A DNA stretch of 64,000 nt from Dictyostelium discoideum. Its lineage: Eukaryota. The notes beneath the pieces are model-generated. The model worked only from the letters and a program-made list of their open reading frames with translations, did not search any database and had not been told where the DNA came from. The position numbers and the translations under genes were made by a program. Positions 59,313 through 64,000 of this stretch are shown one piece after another. The DNA is taken from NCBI GenBank assembly GCA_000004695.1, contig CM000150.2, forward strand, positions 1,792,001 through 1,856,000, in the 5' to 3' direction. Numbering within the stretch: position 1 is the first letter of the stretch; the number at the start of each line of letters is the position of its first letter.

Positions 59313-59816
59313 TTATAGATCACTTTCCTCTTCATAGTGTATTTCAGTATTATGATCATAATCTTCACTGTTACTTTCAAAAGATTCATCAATACCTTTA
59401 ATAAAACACTTTGGAGAATGATTGCACACTCCATTAATTTTAGGAGAATGACAATTATCTCTTTTTGTTAATCTATCTTCACAATATAGATGATTTGGAT
59501 TTAAACATTTTCTATTGTTGCAAAGGAAAGAAATAACATATCCATGACCATGACCATCGGAGTCAATACAACTTGGATCATTTTCACAGGAATTTGCAGC
59601 CTTTGGATAAAGAAAGAGTTTTTTATCTTGATTGGTGTTGTTGTACCAAACGAGGTTGTGACCTTTAACATATTCAAGGAAAACATTACCACAAACTCTA
59701 ACTTCAACATTAACACCATCATTCTTGAAAATTTTCTTTTGATTTAAATTCATTTCATCTCTATTCATTAACCAACAATCTTTCTTAGATTTCTTTTCAA
59801 CAACTTCCATCAACAT
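59313..59816 (-). CDS. Protein of 167 aa carrying a His-Cys-box-like (I-PpoI-type, His-Me finger) nuclease/DNA-binding motif.
   Basis: SFLCNNRKCLNPNHLYCEDRLTKRDNCHSP…GVCNHSPKC aligns with I-PpoI [31 protein letters not shown]…GCVHAVVC, conserving S-x-L-C-x-N-x-x-C-x-N-P-x-H-L…E…N-x-x-R-x-x-C and the Cys/His zinc ligands. The residue at the I-PpoI catalytic His position (LCHN) is Asn here (LCNN). This recognition is from memory and needs an HMM check. Confidence 0.5.
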   Translation of the reverse strand: MLMEVVEKKSKKDCWLMNRDEMNLNQKKIFKNDGVNVEVRVCGNVFLEYVKGHNLVWYNNTNQDKKLFLYPKAANSCENDPSCIDSDGHGHGYVISFLCNNRKCLNPNHLYCEDRLTKRDNCHSPKINGVCNHSPKCFIKGIDESFESNSEDYDHNTEIHYEEESDL

Positions 59817-59869
59817 TTTATAAGTAGTTTTAATTTGATTATCATCTAAATCGAATATATCATTCTTTC

Positions 59870-60544
59870 TTATCTTTGATATTGGCGAGGTGGCGGCAGT
59901 GGTTGTGGTTGTGGTGGTGGCCGTGTTTCCAAAACGTACTTTTTAAGTGGTGATTGATTTGATATTGAAGATGGTAATAATGACGATGATGATGATGCAG
60001 GTGCAGATGGACAGTAAACTCTTTTTCTTAAAGTTGGTAATGGTGAATTTAAGGATGAAGGTGATTGAATATCAGTATTGGAATTACTACTACTATCATC
60101 AGTATTATCTTGGTCAGTGAAAAATTGTGAATTTTCTGAATCTTCTTCACCATCATCTTCATCACTATCAATATTATTTTCAGAAGATTCATCAACATTT
60201 ATTTTATTTAAAGATTTAAATTGTTTTTCTTGATTTTTGGAATTATATTTATCAATTTGTTGATTATTTTGTTGTTTAGATTTACTTGATTTTGACGATG
60301 TAAATTTTAAAGATGATTGGTTTGATGATTGTATTTGTTGTAATTGCTTTTTTGCTTGATTATTAATATTTTTATTATTGATATTATTATTAAAACTGTG
60401 ATGGGTATCATTTTTATCGGAATTAAATGTTACTTCACCAATATTAAAATCAATTTGATTTAAAAAATTAAGTGCTTCCCCAATGCATTGAATTGGAAAA
60501 GCCAATTTTTCTATTTTTTTTCTTTTTTGGTATGTTTCGTCCAT
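59870..60544 (-). CDS. Hypothetical Ser/Asn/Gln-rich protein of 224 aa that ends …RPPPQPQPLPPPRQYQR. It may form one gene with the downstream His-Cys-box ORF.
   Basis: An ORF with an ATG. Its stop lies only ~50 bp upstream of the next ORF's ATG, and that ORF's frame stays open upstream across this stop. Confidence 0.4.
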   Translation of the reverse strand: MDETYQKRKKIEKLAFPIQCIGEALNFLNQIDFNIGEVTFNSDKNDTHHSFNNNINNKNINNQAKKQLQQIQSSNQSSLKFTSSKSSKSKQQNNQQIDKYNSKNQEKQFKSLNKINVDESSENNIDSDEDDGEEDSENSQFFTDQDNTDDSSSNSNTDIQSPSSLNSPLPTLRKRVYCPSAPASSSSSLLPSSISNQSPLKKYVLETRPPPQPQPLPPPRQYQR

Positions 60545-60896
60545 TTTTTATTTTATTTAATATTTATTATTTATTATTTGTTATTTGTTGTGGTTGAAGA
60601 AATAGAGTTAATAATAAAAAAAAAAAAAATTATAAAATGGTTGGGAACAAAAAAAAAAAAAAATTAAAAATTAAAAAAAAAAAAATGGAATGACAAGTGT
60701 TAATAATTTTAATTGGAATTCCACTAATTTTTTTTTCAAAATTAAATTAAAATTAAAAAAAAATAAAAAAATGTATTTTTTGGTTATAATCTGTTTAAAG
60801 TTTATTATTATTATTTTTTTTTTTTCTATTATTATTTTTTATTATTTTTTATTTTCTTTCTTTAAAATATATATTTATTTTTAACATGATCATTGT

Positions 60897-60898
<2 letters not shown>

Positions 60899-60952
<54 letters not shown>

Positions 60953-60995
60953 TATATTTATTTATTTATTTTATTTATTTATTTAATTTAATTTA
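60899..60995. repeat. A (TTTA)n microsatellite of about 20 units.
   Basis: Read directly from the sequence. Confidence 0.95.
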
Positions 60996-61005
60996 ATTTT
61001 TTATT

Positions 61006-64000
61006 TTAATGAGATGAATTATAATGTTTATCAATTTTATTTGCCAATTCTTTACAAGTGTTTGTAGCATCACCTAATAACATTGAAGTATTTGGTTTAT
61101 AAAATACTGGATTTTGAATATCGGCATAACCAGCATTTGTTAATGAACGTTTCATAACGATACAATGTTTTGCTTTCCAAACTTCAATAACTGGCATACC
61201 AGCGATAATTGAATTTGGATCTTCAACTGATGCACTATTGACGGTATCATTTGCACCAATTACGATTGCTAAATCTATATCTTTCATTTCTGGATTAATT
61301 TCTTCCATTTCGAAAACAATGTCATATGGAACCTTTGCTTCACTTAAGCAAATATTCAAGTGACCTGGTAATCTACCTGCTACTGGATGAATACCAAATT
61401 TAACATTGTGACCTTTTTCAATTAAAGTTTTAACCATCTCTGCAACTGGATATTGACTTTTACTAACAACCATACCATAACCTGGTACAATGAGAATATT
61501 TTTAGAGTTGGTAATCATTTCACTTGCTTGATCAACATTGATTTCAGTGTGAGTACCTGTGATTTTCATTGCTTCACCTTTTCCCATACTTGATGTACCA
61601 ACACCACCTAAAATAACACTCATAAGATTTCTATTCATAGCTTTACACATGATATATGATAAGATTGCACCACTTGAACCAACAATTGCACCAACAATAT
61701 TCAATAGGGATGAATCTAACATGAAACCTTCAGCAACCAATGCCCAACCTGAATAACTATTTAATACAGTTACAACAACTGGCATATCTGGACCATTAAT
61801 TGCAGCGGTTAATAAATGACCTTGAATGAATGAAAGAATAGTGGTAGCACCTAAACATGCTAAACCTAATGTTGGATTGGTTGTTGATAAGAAAGTTGCA
61901 AAAGTAGCAACATTTGCTAATGCTAAACCAGTGTTCACTAAATGACGATTTGGAACATGATATGGTTTTGATGGTACCTTCCATTTACCAATATGACCTT
62001 GTAATTTTGCATAGGCAACAACTGAACCTGTGAATGTAATACCACCAATTAAAGCACCCAAATAAACTGAACTCTTATGAATTGTATCTAAAGCTGCAAA
62101 ATTACTATAATCAGCCAATAAAGAGGCACCTGATGCCAATACAGCTGCCATACCTACAAAACTGTGGAATGCTGCAGTGAGTTGTGGAAGTTCAGTAAAG
62201 TTTACTCTCTTTGAAAACAAATAACCAATACCACCACCAACTAAACCAACACCAGCCATTTGAGCGAGTAGAGCACTTGATACACCTAAAGAAGCAACAG
62301 TTGCACCCAAACCAATTGCAATACCACCCATACCTAAAATATTACCAAGTCTTGATGATTTTGCACTTGATAAACCACTAATTGAGAGAATACACATAAT
62401 TGAAGATGCTAAGTATGCCAATTGAGTTAGAGCTGGACCACCACTACCAACCGTTGATAAATAAGCAGCCAAGAAACCTAATGATGGTATACCGTATAGA
62501 TATTCATAGGTTGGTTTATCAGTTGGTAATTTAAACATATCCAACATTCTCTTGGTGATTGTAAAACCACCAGCAATATTAATTGATGCCATAAATACTG
62601 CAGCACTTGCTAATAGTTGACCACCAGTCGAAGGTATATAACCACCACCCATTAAATGTAAACCTGCAACTGCTACTATACCACTAATTGCATTTGTAAT
62701 TGACATTAATGGACTATGTAATGCTGGTGTAACACCCCAAACTACTTTATAACCAATTAATGCAGCCAATGAGAATGTTGTTAAATTAACCATAAAATCT
62801 GCTGGTAATCCCATTGACATTGCAACTGCACCACACATTGCTGCTGTTGCACCCAATGCTGATTTCAATGTTTTATTAAATAATGAAGTTTCTTCTTTAA
62901 CAAGATTACTCTCAACCTTTTCTTTATTACTAACAGGTGTTGATGGTGATGGTGGAGTCACTGGAACTGGTTTCTTTGGGGCTGGCCAAATTAAAGTACC
63001 ATTATAAGTTACTGTTGAACCTCTATGAACTTCATCAGTGAAATCTAATTTGAAACCATCTTTATCATTACCTAAAGATAAGAGAAACTTGGTGATATTA
63101 TTACTATAGAGTGTACTTGATTGAGTTGCCATTTTTGATGGTAAATCAGTGAAACCAATAATTGAAACACCATTATAATTATAAGCTTCGCCTGGTTTTG
63201 TTAATTCACAATTACCACCAGTTTCAGCAGCTAAATCTACAATAACACTACCTGGTTTCATTTGATCAACCATTTGTTTGGTAATTAATTTTGGAGCAGG
63301 TACACCTGGAATTAAAGCGGTTGTAATTACGATATCCACTTCTTTACATTGACGTTCAAACAATGCCATTTCAGCCTCAATGTATTCCTTTGACATGTGT
63401 TTTGCATAGCCACCTGAACCTTCTCCACTCTCTTTGATTTTCACTTCTAAAAATTCACCACCCAATGATTCAACTTGTTCTTTGGTAACAGATCTAGTAT
63501 CGAATGCTCTAACGATAGCACCAATATTTTTAGCGGTACCAATAGCAGATAAACCAGCAACACCAGCACCAATAACCAATACTTTAGCAGGCTGAACTCT
63601 ACCAGCGGCTGTAATGGCTCCACCAAAGAATCTACCAAAATAGTTGGATGCCTCCATCACTGCTTTATAACCTGCAATATTTGCCATTGATGATAAACCA
63701 TCAAAAACCTGTGCTCTACTAATTCTTGGTATACAATCAACTGCAATGGCATTAGCTTTCTTTTGTGATAGTAACTTTAAAGTTTCTGCATTTTGTGCTG
63801 GTGATAAAAAGCTAATTACTGTAGCACCTTCTTTCATCATTTCAACTTCATGTTTACCCAAGTTTGTATTAAATTGTGGACCTCTAACCTTTAGTAATAT
63901 ATCGGTTTTCTTGAATAAATTAGCTGCAGTTGTAATTTTTGCACCGGCTTCAATATATTTAGCATCAGAGAATTTTGCACCTTTACCAGCTCCTTCTTCA
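61006..64000 (-). CDS. Mitochondrial NAD(P) transhydrogenase (proton-translocating, fused PntA/PntB type: dI alanine-dehydrogenase-like domain, dII membrane domain, dIII NADP(H) domain). It is 5'-partial, because the frame is open to the window end.
   Basis: [70 protein letters not shown] and [15 protein letters not shown] match E. coli PntA nearly residue for residue. The C-terminal dIII segment reads [13 protein letters not shown]…[12 protein letters not shown], the PntB signature. The stop is at 61006. Confidence 0.9.
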   Translation of the reverse strand, partial: EEGAGKGAKFSDAKYIEAGAKITTAANLFKKTDILLKVRGPQFNTNLGKHEVEMMKEGATVISFLSPAQNAETLKLLSQKKANAIAVDCIPRISRAQVFDGLSSMANIAGYKAVMEASNYFGRFFGGAITAAGRVQPAKVLVIGAGVAGLSAIGTAKNIGAIVRAFDTRSVTKEQVESLGGEFLEVKIKESGEGSGGYAKHMSKEYIEAEMALFERQCKEVDIVITTALIPGVPAPKLITKQMVDQMKPGSVIVDLAAETGGNCELTKPGEAYNYNGVSIIGFTDLPSKMATQSSTLYSNNITKFLLSLGNDKDGFKLDFTDEVHRGSTVTYNGTLIWPAPKKPVPVTPPSPSTPVSNKEKVESNLVKEETSLFNKTLKSALGATAAMCGAVAMSMGLPADFMVNLTTFSLAALIGYKVVWGVTPALHSPLMSITNAISGIVAVAGLHLMGGGYIPSTGGQLLASAAVFMASINIAGGFTITKRMLDMFKLPTDKPTYEYLYGIPSLGFLAAYLSTVGSGGPALTQLAYLASSIMCILSISGLSSAKSSRLGNILGMGGIAIGLGATVASLGVSSALLAQMAGVGLVGGGIGYLFSKRVNFTELPQLTAAFHSFVGMAAVLASGASLLADYSNFAALDTIHKSSVYLGALIGGITFTGSVVAYAKLQGHIGKWKVPSKPYHVPNRHLVNTGLALANVATFATFLSTTNPTLGLACLGATTILSFIQGHLLTAAINGPDMPVVVTVLNSYSGWALVAEGFMLDSSLLNIVGAIVGSSGAILSYIMCKAMNRNLMSVILGGVGTSSMGKGEAMKITGTHTEINVDQASEMITNSKNILIVPGYGMVVSKSQYPVAEMVKTLIEKGHNVKFGIHPVAGRLPGHLNICLSEAKVPYDIVFEMEEINPEMKDIDLAIVIGANDTVNSASVEDPNSIIAGMPVIEVWKAKHCIVMKRSLTNAGYADIQNPVFYKPNTSMLLGDATNTCKELANKIDKHYNSSH

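Overview
This window is nuclear genomic DNA from a dictyostelid amoeba, almost certainly Dictyostelium discoideum. The evidence is its ~78% AT content, long poly(A)/poly(T) tracts, the Asn/Gln/Ser/Thr-rich coding repeats, the codon usage (ggt/tca/gaa/cca) and the short AT-rich introns with GTAAGT/GTATGT donors and TAG acceptors. There are no CRISPR arrays, no operons and no recognisable tRNA or rRNA genes.

The window is gene-dense with long AT-rich intergenic spacers. I re-derived the exon structure of every multi-exon gene by hand from splice consensus and phase conservation. The features are:
- a LINE-like non-LTR retrotransposon (candidate TRE type) on the + strand, with two full copies and a truncated third copy of a 199-bp tandem 5' module, interrupted by a 100-N assembly gap;
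- the known XMAP215-family gene mtaA (CP224; 4 exons, 2013 aa);
- a STAT gene whose SH2 domain carries Leu in place of the invariant Arg (STATb-like; 1148 aa);
- a MEF2-type MADS-box gene, with an 84-aa MADS/MEF2 exon and a 964-aa low-complexity exon;
- a kinase of the eIF2alpha-kinase family (3-exon model);
- the mitochondrial ATP synthase delta subunit, a HAL2/SAL1-like bisphosphate nucleotidase, and a partial NAD(P) transhydrogenase gene;
- a large membrane protein with C-type lectin-like, IPT/TIG and EGF-like domains, a secreted Ser-rich repeat protein, a CCCH zinc-finger protein, an FNIP-repeat gene with a frameshift, and an FHA-domain protein of 1257 aa (5-exon model);
- a small ORF whose domain closely resembles the His-Cys box (I-PpoI-type) homing-endonuclease motif, lying next to an upstream ORF in another frame.

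I found no clearly 'new system'. The items most worth a second look are the His-Cys-box-like ORF, the retrotransposon that lacks the expected neighbouring tRNA gene, the minimal eIF2alpha-kinase-like gene, the FHA gene's unrecognised C-terminal domain, two perfect hairpin palindromes in intergenic DNA, and two gene models with a missing start codon or a frameshift.
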